DNA of 64,000 nucleotides. Source: Treponematales bacterium (GTDB lineage: Bacteria; Spirochaetota; Spirochaetia; Treponematales; JBGSOB01). The stretch covers positions 14,863 through 78,862 of the forward strand of contig JBGSOB010000123.1 of assembly GCA_041739325.1 (NCBI GenBank). Direction: 5' to 3'. Position 1 is the stretch's first letter. The number at the start of each line of letters is the position of its first letter. The position numbers and the translations under genes were made by a program. Under the pieces are notes generated by a model. That model was given only the letters and a program-made list of their open reading frames with translations. It was not told where the DNA came from and did no database searches. Below are positions 36,176-46,922 of the stretch, one piece after another.

Positions 36176-36333
36176 TAGTGATTATTTTTCTGGCAGTTCG
36201 CTTTTTTTGGCGTTTGTGGCGAGGGATTCGAACCGAAGTCACCGCCGACCAAGGGGAGGAAAAGGCGGCATGATGCCGCCGACAGGGGACGTAGGCGGGT
36301 TTTTTTCGCGCACAGGACGTGGGCGAAAAAAAC

Positions 36334-36354
36334 CGAATCCCTCTCTCTCCGTAG
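36334..36354 (+). repeat. 21-bp duplication of the tRNA-Ser(GGA) 3' end (att-like)
   Basis: CGAATCCCTCTCTCTCCGTAG identical to 36158-36178. Confidence 0.85.
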
Positions 36355-36488
36355 CCTTCCGTGAACGCTTGAAGCCAGGCCCCGCGCAAGGCGTCGCCGC
36401 CTAACCCCGCCAGATCCGGAAGGAAGCAACGGTAAGCGGTTGGCGCCTGTGTCGCGGCAAGCCTGGCTTCAAACGTTTACGGTTTTTT

Positions 36489-36517
36489 TTGAAATTATAA
36501 CAAGTTCAGCCTATAAT
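36489..36517 (+). promoter_or_regulatory. sigma70 promoter (probably leaderless) for the chemoreceptor gene
   Basis: TTGAAA-N17-TATAAT, 6 nt before ATG 36524. Confidence 0.65.
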
Positions 36518-36523
36518 CCTTAC

Positions 36524-38407
36524 ATGGAACGTTCCACCCTTATCAAACTTAAGCTGAACATCTTTCTCATGAATCTTTCTATACCCCTGGCGCTAGGGAT
36601 GGTGAGGGAGAGTTACCAGCAACTTTTTAATCGTGCCAATCTGCGCACCCTGACTGAGCGTCTCATCTTTTCGCTCAAGCTCGATACGATAGCCCTGACG
36701 ATGATTTTCGGTTTTCTCGCATGGCTCATCATTCTTGGCCTCTTAAAGCCCTTCTTTAAGTTCTTAGAGACGGGGCAGGATAGGGACCGCGGGCGGCGGG
36801 CGGTGGAGCGCATCGGCTTTGCTCTCATTTTTATCCACGTCGGGTCTTGGCTTGTAGGAACCACGGGCTTTTACGCCGTTTACGGCTTCGTGTCGCCGGG
36901 GGGCATCCCCTATCTATGGTCCCTTTTTATGACCTGTTCCACCGGGTTGATATCGGGGATATCTGCGGCCTTGGCTATGAACGCCCTCCTCATCAAATTC
37001 AAGCTTCAGCTTGAGATTTATGATTTCTCCGGCGGGGTGCGCGACACTTTTGCCCGGAGTAAGGATTACCTCATCCCGCTTGGATGCCTGATAGCGGCGG
37101 CCATCTGGTCTGCTTACGCGGCGGAATTCCATCTGTCAGGCGCGCCTGGGGAAGCCCTGGGCGAACGTGGCTTGCGCCAGACCCTTGGTCTCACGGCCCT
37201 TGGTTTTATCATTTTAGCCTTCGTTCTCACCCTTCTTTCGCGTCTTGAGTATCGCGGCCAACTCAATTCGCTCCGCAAGAGCGTGGCGGCTCTCGCCCAA
37301 TCCGGCGGAAATATAAGCCGCCGTTTACCCATTCTCAACTTCGACGAGACGGGAGAGGCTATTGCCGCCGTTAATCTTTTCCTGGATTCCTTGGCAAGTC
37401 TGATTTCTCAAGTGGTGTCATTGGCCCAGGACACCCGCGGGGCTTCCTTAGAACTGGAGGGCTCGGCGCGTGAAAGCGAGAGGGCATTGTCGGACTTCGA
37501 CGCCAAGCTTGTGGATATCTTGAATGATATTGAGCGGGTGCGCTCTGAGTCCACCAAGGCAAACGCCGACGCCGCCCGTTTGGCCAACTCTGCCGGGCAA
37601 AGCCTGTCCGTCATGGCCGAGCAAGCGACGGCGGTGGGGGCATCAGCCGAGCTCGCCGGAAGGATCGTTCAGTCGGTAGCGGACTCGGTTCAACGCAGCC
37701 TAGGCATGGGCGGCATTTCTAAGGAACTCTCCGAGCAGACTCAGTCGGGGGAGGCCCAGATAGAGCGTTCCCTCAAGATGTCGCAGCTTCTTTCAAGCGA
37801 TACCCAGGCCGCCCTGGCGGCCGTTAAGGATATTCTCGACATCGCCGAGCGGGTGAATCTGATTTCCCTCAACGCTTCTATCGAAGCCGCTCACGCCGGG
37901 GCAAGCGGTAAGGGCTTTGCCGTTGTCGCCGGCGAGGTTAGGGTTTTGGCCGAGCGCACGAGCGCGGGTGCTCATGGCATGGAGGAGCGCTTGGCTGAGG
38001 TAAGCGCACGGGCAAGAGACAACGCGCAGTCCATGCAGGATCTGCGCTTAGCCCTCGAATCCATCCTCAAGGGGATAGGCCGAATCGCTGAGAGCGCTGA
38101 AGAGACAGCCAATCTCCTCGGTTCGCGCAGAGCGGAGGCCGAAGGTATGGGCCGAGAATTGCACGACCAGGCGGATAAAGCCGGGGTGGCGGCCGGGGCT
38201 TCCCTTTCCATACGGGAGGGGGTTGAGGCCATAGCCAGCGCGGTACGAGTCTTTGCCGGTTCGGCGGAACGCACGGCCGAGCGTTCGGAAAGCCTGCGCC
38301 GCGATATCCGCGGGCTGAGGGATCTGAATCAGGGGCTTTTAGATGCCGCCCGGCGTCAAGCTAAGGTTTCCGAAACCCTGAGCTTGATCGCCAAGCGCTA
38401 CGAATAA
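36524..38407 (+). CDS. Methyl-accepting chemotaxis protein, multi-TM sensor plus HAMP
   Basis: [15 protein letters not shown] (HAMP), [36 protein letters not shown]. Confidence 0.9.
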   Translation: MERSTLIKLKLNIFLMNLSIPLALGMVRESYQQLFNRANLRTLTERLIFSLKLDTIALTMIFGFLAWLIILGLLKPFFKFLETGQDRDRGRRAVERIGFALIFIHVGSWLVGTTGFYAVYGFVSPGGIPYLWSLFMTCSTGLISGISAALAMNALLIKFKLQLEIYDFSGGVRDTFARSKDYLIPLGCLIAAAIWSAYAAEFHLSGAPGEALGERGLRQTLGLTALGFIILAFVLTLLSRLEYRGQLNSLRKSVAALAQSGGNISRRLPILNFDETGEAIAAVNLFLDSLASLISQVVSLAQDTRGASLELEGSARESERALSDFDAKLVDILNDIERVRSESTKANADAARLANSAGQSLSVMAEQATAVGASAELAGRIVQSVADSVQRSLGMGGISKELSEQTQSGEAQIERSLKMSQLLSSDTQAALAAVKDILDIAERVNLISLNASIEAAHAGASGKGFAVVAGEVRVLAERTSAGAHGMEERLAEVSARARDNAQSMQDLRLALESILKGIGRIAESAEETANLLGSRRAEAEGMGRELHDQADKAGVAAGASLSIREGVEAIASAVRVFAGSAERTAERSESLRRDIRGLRDLNQGLLDAARRQAKVSETLSLIAKRYE

Positions 38408-38426
38408 GAGCCTTCTCTCCTAGCTC

Positions 38427-39404
38427 TTAGACTCCGGAAAGAAAGGCGCCAAAAACCCAGCCCTCTGCCGGGAGGCTGAGTTTGTACCAATAGCCGGTTT
38501 TGTCCCCGATGGTGAATTGCTCTTTGCTGCGTTCCGTCGCGTAGCAGGATTCATCCTTCTGCAACACCTGCACGACCTCGGCGTTGACGTTTGGGCTTTT
38601 TCTGATGTTTACCGGGGCGGTAGCGACGAAGAAATTATTTTCTACGGTAGTGGCGATATTCGCCGATCCTGAGGATCCAGAGGATCCTGAGGAAACGGGA
38701 GCCGTGCTTGCCTTGGGCCCTTGGCTCGGGGCGGGAAGACTGGCTCCAGATTCTAGCTCCGCGCGCTTTTGGGCGACGATGGACCCGAAGACAGTATTGG
38801 GATACTTACTCTCAATTGTCGCCAGTATCTTCTTTTTTTGCTCAAGCTTGGGAAGATCGGTAAGGGCCTTGAGGAGAAGGGCGGTATTGACATCCTGTTC
38901 ACGGATGGATACGTCACTACTGAGGACGTATCGATTGCGATGCCACTTGCCGGCGACCTCGTCATAGGCGCTTAGTTTATAAAAATCGCTTTTCCCCTGT
39001 ACGGGCCAGAGGGCCACGATATTCGTCAGCGGCAAGATATCGGCTAGGACCGCGGCATCGCGCGCTTCGGAATAGAGGGTGCAAAGATCTGAACTGACTA
39101 CCCCCATATAGGCGTCTTGGGCTAGGTTCGTATCGATGATCCAGCCCTCCTTGTCGGACTCAAGGGTTACCCTGATGAGGCTGTATTCCGTTCCCTTATA
39201 CTTGCCCTTTTCACCGCTTTTACCGGCCTTCATAGCTTGGCCTACCGTGAGCTTATCCACCCAAGTCATCTCCGAACCCTTGAGGCTCCAGAAATCCGCG
39301 TTTGGACGCATGTTGAAGGTTTGAGTTTTGGCGCCTTGGGCAAAGGAAAGGGCGGCCAATCCGCTCAAGACGATGAGGGTTGCGGTGCTGAGGATTTTCT
39401 TCAT
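38427..39404 (-). CDS. Exported SH3b-domain protein
   Basis: Signal peptide ending LSFA, Ser/Gly linker, C-terminal VNIRKSP...GYWYKL...EGWVFGAFL. Confidence 0.8.
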   Translation of the reverse strand: MKKILSTATLIVLSGLAALSFAQGAKTQTFNMRPNADFWSLKGSEMTWVDKLTVGQAMKAGKSGEKGKYKGTEYSLIRVTLESDKEGWIIDTNLAQDAYMGVVSSDLCTLYSEARDAAVLADILPLTNIVALWPVQGKSDFYKLSAYDEVAGKWHRNRYVLSSDVSIREQDVNTALLLKALTDLPKLEQKKKILATIESKYPNTVFGSIVAQKRAELESGASLPAPSQGPKASTAPVSSGSSGSSGSANIATTVENNFFVATAPVNIRKSPNVNAEVVQVLQKDESCYATERSKEQFTIGDKTGYWYKLSLPAEGWVFGAFLSGV

Positions 39405-39461
39405 TATACTTCTCCCTAGGATACTGAGTTGCCCCTAGGATATCACCCCTTGCATAAGGCG

Positions 39462-41425
39462 TCAAACCCGAACGCTAAGAGCGTGTATGGGTTTGGTAAG
39501 GGAGTTATCCATTATCAGCGAAAGATAATCCCAGATGGCGGATATCTCGCTTCCGCAGCTGTTTCTCAGGTTCTCCAAGCAGGCGCTCATAGCTGTTTGG
39601 GCGGCTTCAAGCCTTTTAAGAGCGCTGCGGGCAGGGCGCCTGGGCGTGTCCATGGCCTTCTCCGCCAAAATAGAGCCAATACCATAGAGGGGTAGGCTGA
39701 TGCGGTAGCCGAGCTTGGGAAGCTCGACATCGACTAAGTCCTTATATCCACTGCGTATCAACAAGGGTAGGGGGCTGAGGGTTTTGATCAGCCGTTTGAA
39801 AAGGGCTCTGGTAGCGGCGGCTGCCGAAGCGGCGCTCAGACCGAGTAAGCGTCTTTCCGTAGCCGCGATATCGGCGAAAACCTTATCCATTCGCGAGCGT
39901 AGCGAAACGGTCCCGCGTTGCCGATCTAGTACCTTGAGCTCACGTAAACGGAAAAAGTGGTGCCCAAAGATAGCTAATTTTACGGCGTCTACGATGCGCC
40001 GCGGCCTTTTGATGAGGGTTTCCAGAAGGAATTTCCCATAATAAAAGCCATAGCGGGACAGGCCCTGGATAAACAGGGAACGCAAGAGGGCCGCGGCGTA
40101 CATGAGGGTGGGTTTAAATCCAACGTGGCCGCCTTCCGCCGCAAGTTTGGCCGGCAATCTGGAAAGCAGTGTCGTGCAACGCTGGAAATAAGCACTGGGC
40201 TGATAGAGCTCGGCGACTACTCTGTCATAGGAATCCATCAGGGTGGCTAGCGGCATGGCGGGGATAAAGTTAAGCTTGCTGGCGAACGTGTTGTTGCCGG
40301 AAGAAGCAGCAAGCAGGCGGCCTTCAGCTTCTAATCTTTTTGCCAGCTGTGTGCCCGGCAGGGCGGTCAGGAGCCCGATCATGGCGGTGGGTATGCCGGC
40401 TTTAGAAATGAAATCTATTTGGCGTTGGGCGATATCGAGAGGATCCGTGTCAAAGCCCAGAATGAAGCCCGCGGTAACCTCTATCCCGGCGGCCTGTATC
40501 TTCCGCACGCTGAGGGCTAGGTCCGCCTTGAGATTCTGCCCCTTATTGGCGCAGCGCAGGGAGCTTTCCACTGGGGTTTCTATACCGAGAAAGGCCATGC
40601 GGAAACCGGCTTCGGCCATCAGCGCCAGTAATTCCGCATCCTGGGCCAAATTGACCGAGGACTCGGTAAAGAAGGTAAAGGGGCGCCCGTGTTTTTTTTG
40701 CCAGGGGATGAGAACTCTTAGAAAATCTTTGACCTTGGGGGCGTTGCCGATGAAGTTGTCATCAACGAAGAATACCGAACCGCGGTAGCCGCGGCGACGC
40801 AGGGCGTTCAATTCGGCGAGCATCCGCTCCGGGGTCTTGGTGCGGGGTATACGGCCGAAGAGCTCGATGATATCGCAAAATTCGCAATTGAAGGGACAGC
40901 CACGGGAAAATTGCAAGGCCATGGACCCGTAATCGTCGAGGCTGCACAGATCAAAGCGCGGAATGGGGGCTTCTCTAAGGTCCGGTTTTTCATCTGCCTT
41001 ATAGAGGCTTAGGGCATTGCCGGTCTTAAGATCTTGGAAAAAACGAGGCAGGATGCGCTCCGCCTCTCCCTGGATGAGATGGGAAACACCGTGATAGCCC
41101 TCCGGGGAGGAACTGGCCATAGGACCGCCGAGTACCGTTTCCTTGCCCAGGCGAAGGCAGCGCTCTAACAGGGTATCCAAAGATCTTTTTTGCAGGAGCA
41201 TTGCGGAGATAAAAACGATATCGGCTTTTTGTATGTCGCTGTCAAGGAGGGGCGCACGTTCATGTCAATCAGCAAGGGCTTAAATTCCGATGGAAAGAGT
41301 GCGGCGATAGTCAGGAGGCCTAAGGGGGGGTAGCTAGCTTTCTTACCGATAAATTTCAGGCTATGCCTGAATCCCCAGTAGGTGTCGGGGAAACGAGGGT
41401 AGACGAGGAGTGCATTCAGGGCCAT
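39462..41425 (-). pseudogene. B12-binding radical SAM protein (DUF4070-type), split by a 1-nt frameshift near 41250 (real or assembly error)
   Basis: ORF1 YPRFPDTYW...YPPLGLLTIAA...DMNVRP; ORF2 VLGGP, GEAE, SRGCPFNCEFC, FFVDDNF; adding one base in the G4 run at 41249-41252 gives a continuous DMNVRPLLDSDIQKADIVFISAMLLQK. Confidence 0.8.
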
Positions 41426-41630
41426 TACGGCCTCCTTGCGCCGGAAATCCGGGCTACTAACAAAAAATGCCTGCGGCGATGGGATGCTGAAAATCTGTAA
41501 GCGCGACGCGGGGTGCTTTTTATTTAAACTTAAAGCTACTGACGAATGGGCCTTTGGTCAAATCGACTTAGGCTGGCAGGAGTCTTGCTCCCCCTTTTCG
41601 CGGCCCGCTTTTGGCGTTATTATAGCCGCT

Positions 41631-43307
41631 ATGGCATACGAAGTGACGGCGACCCGCCGACGACCCCAGGTTTTCACCCAACTGGCAGGCCAGGAATTCG
41701 TTACCTCCACCCTGCGCAACGCGGTCAATTCCGGTAAAATAGCCCACGCCTATCTTTTTTCCGGGCCACGGGGCTGCGGTAAGACATCGACTGCCCGCAT
41801 TCTGGCTAAGTCTCTCAACTGCGCCGCCGGCCCCACCGACACGCCCTGCGGCAGCTGCTCCTCCTGCTTGGAGATAGCCCGCGGCGCTTCGTTGGATGTG
41901 ATAGAGATAGACGGCGCCTCCAATACTAGCGTGGAGAACGTGAGGCAGATTCGGGATGAGGTTCTCTTTCCGCCCAACTCGTCGCGCTACAAGATTTACA
42001 TCATCGACGAAGTCCACATGCTTTCGAACTCAGCCTTTAACGCTCTTCTTAAGACGATTGAAGAGCCGCCGCCCTATATCGTTTTTATCTTTGCCACCAC
42101 AGAGTTGCACAAGGTGCCGGCCACCATTAAAAGCCGTTGTCAGCAGTTTAATTTCCGCTTGGCCCCGGTAGACCTGGTAAAGGGGCTTTTAGCGGAGGCG
42201 GCCGCAGAGCTGGGAATCAAGGCCGAGGATGACGCCCTCTTTTGGATAGCCAAGGAATCGACTGGCTCCTTTAGGGACGCCTACACCCTCTTTGATCAGG
42301 TTTTGAGTTTTTCCGGAAGCGAGCTGACCCTGGCCAAGATTAAGGAAAAGCTGGGGATCGTCGGCGTGGACGAGCTTAACCAATTCATGGAGGCCTGCGC
42401 CTCCAGCAAGGCGGGCGCCGCCTTTGCTTGCCTAGACGAGCTTTTGGCAAAGGGCATTACGGTTGAGCAGTTCTGCGTGAATCTTACCGAGTACATGCGC
42501 TCACTCTTACTCATGAAGCAGGGTATCGTTAAGGACGCATTGCTCGGATATCCGGCATCGCGCTTTTCCGCCCTGGCCCTGTCTGCCTATAGCCCGGAGC
42601 AGCTCGAACGCGGCCTATCCCTCTGCCTTGACCTGCATCGCGTTGTGCGCTATTCGGTAAATCCTCGTTTTGAGCTCGAGCTTGTGGCCGCGCGCCTAGC
42701 CGCCCTGAGCGCCTACATTTCCCCGCGTGAGCTAAAGGCGGAGTTAGACGCCTTTAAATCCCTATTACGCGCTCAAGCGGGGGAAACCGGCGCGAGCCCC
42801 GATGTCTCTGCCATGGACGCCGCAAGGGGTGCCCCTCCCAACCCTTTCGTGGCTAGCCGGAGCGCGATAGCAAATCCCGCCCCGGCGCCTAAGCTTGAAG
42901 CCTCGGAAGAGGACCTTCCCCTGGAAGGCGGGGCCGCGGACCTTGCCGCGCTTAAGCAGGCGGTTATCGCCTCCTTGCGCAAGACCCGCGGCATGATTGC
43001 CGCCAGCCTGGATAAATCCCTGCCCTGGGTCGCCACCTCGGATTCCCTTATCATTCCCTTTTCCAGGGGCTGGGAAGCAGACATGGTACGGCCTGAAATT
43101 CGGATTATCGGTGAGAAGATAAAGGCCCTCTCGGGAAAGACTTTTTCTATAGAGGTAAAGGCGGAGGCGGCGGAAAAGATAGCGGAGCAAGAAACCTTGC
43201 CTGCCTCCGCTGAAGAGGAAGATGAAGTGACAGATCCCGTGACGGTCGTGGAGCGTATGTTCCGCGGAACGGTGGTCGGTGAGCGAAATATCGGGGAAGG
43301 CTCATGA
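41631..43307 (+). CDS. dnaX: DNA polymerase III subunit gamma/tau
   Basis: HAYLFSGPRGCGKTS, CxxC zinc cluster, EIDGASN, IDEVHMLS..AFNALLKTIEEPP, TIKSRCQ. Confidence 0.96.
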   Translation: MAYEVTATRRRPQVFTQLAGQEFVTSTLRNAVNSGKIAHAYLFSGPRGCGKTSTARILAKSLNCAAGPTDTPCGSCSSCLEIARGASLDVIEIDGASNTSVENVRQIRDEVLFPPNSSRYKIYIIDEVHMLSNSAFNALLKTIEEPPPYIVFIFATTELHKVPATIKSRCQQFNFRLAPVDLVKGLLAEAAAELGIKAEDDALFWIAKESTGSFRDAYTLFDQVLSFSGSELTLAKIKEKLGIVGVDELNQFMEACASSKAGAAFACLDELLAKGITVEQFCVNLTEYMRSLLLMKQGIVKDALLGYPASRFSALALSAYSPEQLERGLSLCLDLHRVVRYSVNPRFELELVAARLAALSAYISPRELKAELDAFKSLLRAQAGETGASPDVSAMDAARGAPPNPFVASRSAIANPAPAPKLEASEEDLPLEGGAADLAALKQAVIASLRKTRGMIAASLDKSLPWVATSDSLIIPFSRGWEADMVRPEIRIIGEKIKALSGKTFSIEVKAEAAEKIAEQETLPASAEEEDEVTDPVTVVERMFRGTVVGERNIGEGS

Positions 43308-43645
43308 ATATCAACCCTTTCGAGTTGTTAAAGAACGCCCAAGAGATCCAGAAACGTTTGGCCGAGGGGCAGGAAAGGCTTGGGCATATCCAAGCCCTCG
43401 GTTCTGCCGGCGGGGGCATGGTGGAGCTTTCCATGAATGGACGCATGGAAGCCCAGGCGCTCAAAATCGCCCCAGAGCTCCTGCGTCCCGGTGCCAACGG
43501 AGCCGTGGACGCGCAGTTACTCCAGGACCTTATTTTGCTTGCGATTCGTGATGCCCAAGCCAAGGTTCAGGCCGCGGCCGCCAAGGAGCTTGGAGGATTG
43601 GCCGGCGGTTTGGATTTAGGGGCTTTTGGGCAACCGGGGTCTTGA
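43304..43645 (+). CDS. ybaB: YbaB/EbfC nucleoid-associated protein
   Basis: AQEIQ..L, GSAGGGMV, LQDLILLAIRDA; lies between dnaX and recR. Confidence 0.92.
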   Translation: MNINPFELLKNAQEIQKRLAEGQERLGHIQALGSAGGGMVELSMNGRMEAQALKIAPELLRPGANGAVDAQLLQDLILLAIRDAQAKVQAAAAKELGGLAGGLDLGAFGQPGS

Positions 43646-43646
43646 A

Positions 43647-44237
43647 ATGACGGCCTTGGACGAACTGACCGCCCTTCTCTCCCGTTTACCTGGGCTCGGA
43701 AAAAAAAGCGCGGGTCGCTTGGCTTGCCACCTTCTCTCAACCGATCCTTCCTACAACGAAAGGCTTTCGGAGCGGATCCGTAGCCTACAAAACGATGTGC
43801 GTTTTTGCTCCGTTTGCGGGGGCTTCACCGAAATCGATCCCTGTCCTATCTGTTCCAATCCCGCCCGCGACCACGGGCTCATCTGCGTGGTTGAGCAAGC
43901 CCAAGACGTGATGACGATAGAGGCTTCTCGCGAGTACGCCGGCACCTATCATGTGCTCGGCGGGGTACTCTCTCCCCTCGATGGCATTGGCCCGGACAAG
44001 TTAGCCTTTGCCGCTTTGATGCGGCGCGTTAGGTCCGGTGGCTTGCGCGAGGTGATACTGGCTACCAATCCAACGGTAGAAGGCGACACAACGGCCCTCT
44101 ACTTAAAGCGTTTGCTCTTGGACTCCGGATTGGCGGTTACGCGCTTGGCTTCCGGCATCCCCGTAGGTGGGGACCTTGAGTACGCCGACCGACTTACCTT
44201 AGCTCGCTCTTTGCGCGGCCGCGTGCCACTGGATTGA
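43647..44237 (+). CDS. recR: Recombination protein RecR
   Basis: LPGLGKKSA, CxxC...CxxC, YHVLGG..SPLDG, EVILATNPTVEGDTTA, GGDLEYAD. Confidence 0.97.
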   Translation: MTALDELTALLSRLPGLGKKSAGRLACHLLSTDPSYNERLSERIRSLQNDVRFCSVCGGFTEIDPCPICSNPARDHGLICVVEQAQDVMTIEASREYAGTYHVLGGVLSPLDGIGPDKLAFAALMRRVRSGGLREVILATNPTVEGDTTALYLKRLLLDSGLAVTRLASGIPVGGDLEYADRLTLARSLRGRVPLD

Positions 44238-45740
44238 CTAGAGCTTGCGGTAGCAGTGTTCTATAATGGGCACGATGGAGGGCAAGGAGTACCCGGCCCC
44301 CTCGACTCGCGCACGTTCCGCGGAATCTTCCCAATCCATGAAGGGGTTGTCGTAATTGGCGGCGAGGAAGGCATGGACGATTGCCTCTGCTTCGTTGAGT
44401 GATGAGTCGAAGATTCCGTGGGACTTAGTGCGAGTTTCCGAGAGGAGGGTGCGAATGGATGGTCTGACCCTCACCATGAATACGTCGTGGTAGACGTCGT
44501 AGCTCCGACCGGAGAGCTTCTTCACGATATCCGACACGGAACCAGTCTTGATGACCGGGGCTTTGCGTTGAACCGCTTTGACTGCTTTTTTTCCTTTATC
44601 GGCTGCCGTTATCATCCTCGCCTTAAGTGCTCGACTAATATTTTTGTTGAGCTCCGGGCTCTCCTGTTTTGAAGCGATCGGCATGGTCGCTGGCTTTTTC
44701 GCATCGATCTCTATGCGCTGCGGTTTATCTGCATTGGTTCTCGATTGTGTTGGTGCTAACTCATGTTTTACCTTGTCCCTGCCGCTTTCCAGCGGGGACC
44801 CGCTTAGGTTCGCTTTGAAGCGACGCCACATAGTCTGCATGTAAAGATCGCCCTGTACGGAGTAGGAGTAACTGGAGGAGAGAACGGTGGAAACCGTGTT
44901 TAAAATCTCGTCATCCGTAAACTTTCTCAGCCGCCCTATCTTCACTGCTCTATAGACGTCGTAGTGGAAGGTGCGGTACTTGCGGGAATAAAGCAAAATG
45001 ATGCGCTCAAAGGCTTGGTCGTTGACGAGGTTCCAGTACTTGTAGCAGTAGCCGATAACCTTGTCCTCTTTGCGGGCGACGGAAGGCGGCAATATGATAC
45101 GCTCGACGTCCACTGGGTCGAAGTTGATACGGGAAAGGTCAAAGTGACTTTTAGCCCGATGCTCGCGACGTTGCTCTTCGTATTTGCGGCTACGCTCCAT
45201 GAAGTCAGGGTTGGGGTTTTCATTTTCCGCGTGGGACTCAAAGAGATATTCCTTGCCGAGCTCCGCAGTGCGCGCCATAAGTTCGCGCTTGAAATCCAAA
45301 AGCTCTGCGTAGCGCTTGTAATTGTCCAGGGCCGCCTGGGCCTCGAATCTGTCCGGCGGGAGGTAGCGCACCACTTGTTCGACCGCCTTGAGCAGCCTGT
45401 AGGCGTCTGAGTTGTTCACGCCTTCCATCGGCAAACTCAAGTAGCGAATATTTCTTTTGATGCGCTCAATGATGGACGCGGCCAGTTCCAGCGCGGATTG
45501 TCGCAGTAGTAACCTATAGCGGGGATCCTTTGTGCGGTAATGTGAGAGCAAGAGGACGCGTCGACCTTGGTCTGGATATTTTGCTTTTAACCTATTGTTA
45601 TATACCTCGAGCGCGTCGGATGAGCGCCCGCGCGAGCGTAGATCGAAGTAAAGTTCTATATCCGGGTCGGAGTCGTAGAGGAGCTCGGGGAAGGCCTTGC
45701 CGAGTATGGCCTCTTTTACGCTCTCGTGCTCTCTTGTCAT
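44238..45740 (-). CDS. Hypothetical cytoplasmic protein (500 aa)
   Basis: Long ORF with normal composition; TATAAT upstream; no motif recognised. Confidence 0.75.
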   Translation of the reverse strand: MTREHESVKEAILGKAFPELLYDSDPDIELYFDLRSRGRSSDALEVYNNRLKAKYPDQGRRVLLLSHYRTKDPRYRLLLRQSALELAASIIERIKRNIRYLSLPMEGVNNSDAYRLLKAVEQVVRYLPPDRFEAQAALDNYKRYAELLDFKRELMARTAELGKEYLFESHAENENPNPDFMERSRKYEEQRREHRAKSHFDLSRINFDPVDVERIILPPSVARKEDKVIGYCYKYWNLVNDQAFERIILLYSRKYRTFHYDVYRAVKIGRLRKFTDDEILNTVSTVLSSSYSYSVQGDLYMQTMWRRFKANLSGSPLESGRDKVKHELAPTQSRTNADKPQRIEIDAKKPATMPIASKQESPELNKNISRALKARMITAADKGKKAVKAVQRKAPVIKTGSVSDIVKKLSGRSYDVYHDVFMVRVRPSIRTLLSETRTKSHGIFDSSLNEAEAIVHAFLAANYDNPFMDWEDSAERARVEGAGYSLPSIVPIIEHCYRKL

Positions 45741-45794
45741 CTGGTGCCCATTATACGTAGCTATCTCCTAGCTGGCAACAAGGATCGTAGATAA

Positions 45795-45849
45795 AAAAAC
45801 GCGGCGGAAAGCGGTGCGGGGTTGCCGCCTCCGAATCCGCCGCGTTTTT
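45795..45849 (-). terminator. Terminator hairpin downstream of flaB (possibly bidirectional)
   Basis: AAAAACGCGGCGGA...TCCGCCGCGTTTTT 14-bp inverted repeat. Confidence 0.75.
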
Positions 45850-45871
45850 CGCGGCCGCGAGAGTGGTCGCT

Positions 45872-46732
45872 CTACTGGAGGAGTTGAAGAACCTGCTGGG
45901 TCTTCTGATTGGCCTGTGCGAGCATCGCGTTGCCGGCTTGGGAAATGACCTGGTTCTTGGTGAACTGGACCATCTCGTAAGCCATGTCGGCGTCACGGAT
46001 GCGGCTCTCGGCAGCCTGTAGGTTCTCTGCGCCGATGTCGATGCCCTTGACGGCGGTCTCAAGCCGGTTCTGGTAGGCGCCTAAGTCGGCGCGCTGCTTG
46101 TTCACCTTTTTGAGGGCCTCGTCGAGCGTCCCGATGGCGCGGTTGGCGTTATCGGGGCTGGAAAGCGAGAGGATGGTGTTGTCCATCACGCCGCGGACGC
46201 CAATGCCTTTTGCGGTCATGGTTCCGATGTAGGCGCGTTCTCGCTGATCCATGTTCGCACCGATGTGGAACCACATGGACCCGGTGATCGTGTTCTCCCC
46301 GGTTTCCCTGGCGAACCGGCCGGTAAGCAGGTTCATGCCATTGAATTGCGCGTGCGACGCAACGCGGTCTACCTCGTCGATCAACTGGCTGACCTCGACC
46401 TGGATCATCATGCGATCCTCAGCCGAATAAACGCCGTTGGAAGACTGTACCGCGAGTTCGCGCAAACGCTGGATGATGTCTTGGGTTTCCTGCAAGTAGC
46501 CTTCCGCCGTCTGGATGAATGAAACTCCGTCCAGGGCGTTCTTGGAAGCCTGTTGCAGGCCCCTGATCTGAGAGCGCATCTTTTCAGACACGGCCAAACC
46601 TGAGGCATCGTCTCCGGCGCGGTTGATGCGCATACCAGAAGAGAGTTTCTCCATATTTTTAGTTACGTTGAGATTGGTGTTCCGCAGTTCGCGGTCAGCA
46701 AACATAGCACTGAGATTGTGGTTGATTATCAT
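45872..46732 (-). CDS. flaB: Periplasmic flagellar core protein FlaB (286 aa)
   Basis: MIINHNLSA...[32 protein letters not shown]...[13 protein letters not shown]...[11 protein letters not shown]. Confidence 0.97.
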   Translation of the reverse strand: MIINHNLSAMFADRELRNTNLNVTKNMEKLSSGMRINRAGDDASGLAVSEKMRSQIRGLQQASKNALDGVSFIQTAEGYLQETQDIIQRLRELAVQSSNGVYSAEDRMMIQVEVSQLIDEVDRVASHAQFNGMNLLTGRFARETGENTITGSMWFHIGANMDQRERAYIGTMTAKGIGVRGVMDNTILSLSSPDNANRAIGTLDEALKKVNKQRADLGAYQNRLETAVKGIDIGAENLQAAESRIRDADMAYEMVQFTKNQVISQAGNAMLAQANQKTQQVLQLLQ

Positions 46733-46794
46733 ACCGTACACTCCTTTCTCTTAGCGTCGGGAAAGCTTGTACCCCGTGGGGTCTCGCCTTCGAG

Positions 46795-46808
46795 AGGCAT
46801 CCCTGCCT
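46795..46808 (-). promoter_or_regulatory. CsrA-type GGA-loop hairpin in the flaB leader
   Basis: AGGCA-GGGA-TGCCT; second GGA lies in the SD (AAGGAG). Confidence 0.65.
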
Positions 46809-46922
46809 ATTGGGTGCTATCAATGCGGTCTGGCCTTTCTCCCCCAAAAGCCTCGCTGCCTGAAAACGCGCCACGCATCCGGGGATTGAAACCCTATGGA
46901 CGTAACACGCTTCCATCTTTAG

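Noticed and set aside
36176-38407. Genomic island or prophage at tRNA-Ser(GGA)
   Set aside because: The att-like duplication encloses under 200 bp; no integrase or phage genes follow
38663-38692. 9-bp GGATCC-containing repeats
   Set aside because: Encode a Ser-Ser-Gly linker; ordinary low complexity
41631-43307. Programmed dnaX frameshift or slippage site
   Set aside because: No A-AAA-AAG heptamer or long A run noticed after domain III
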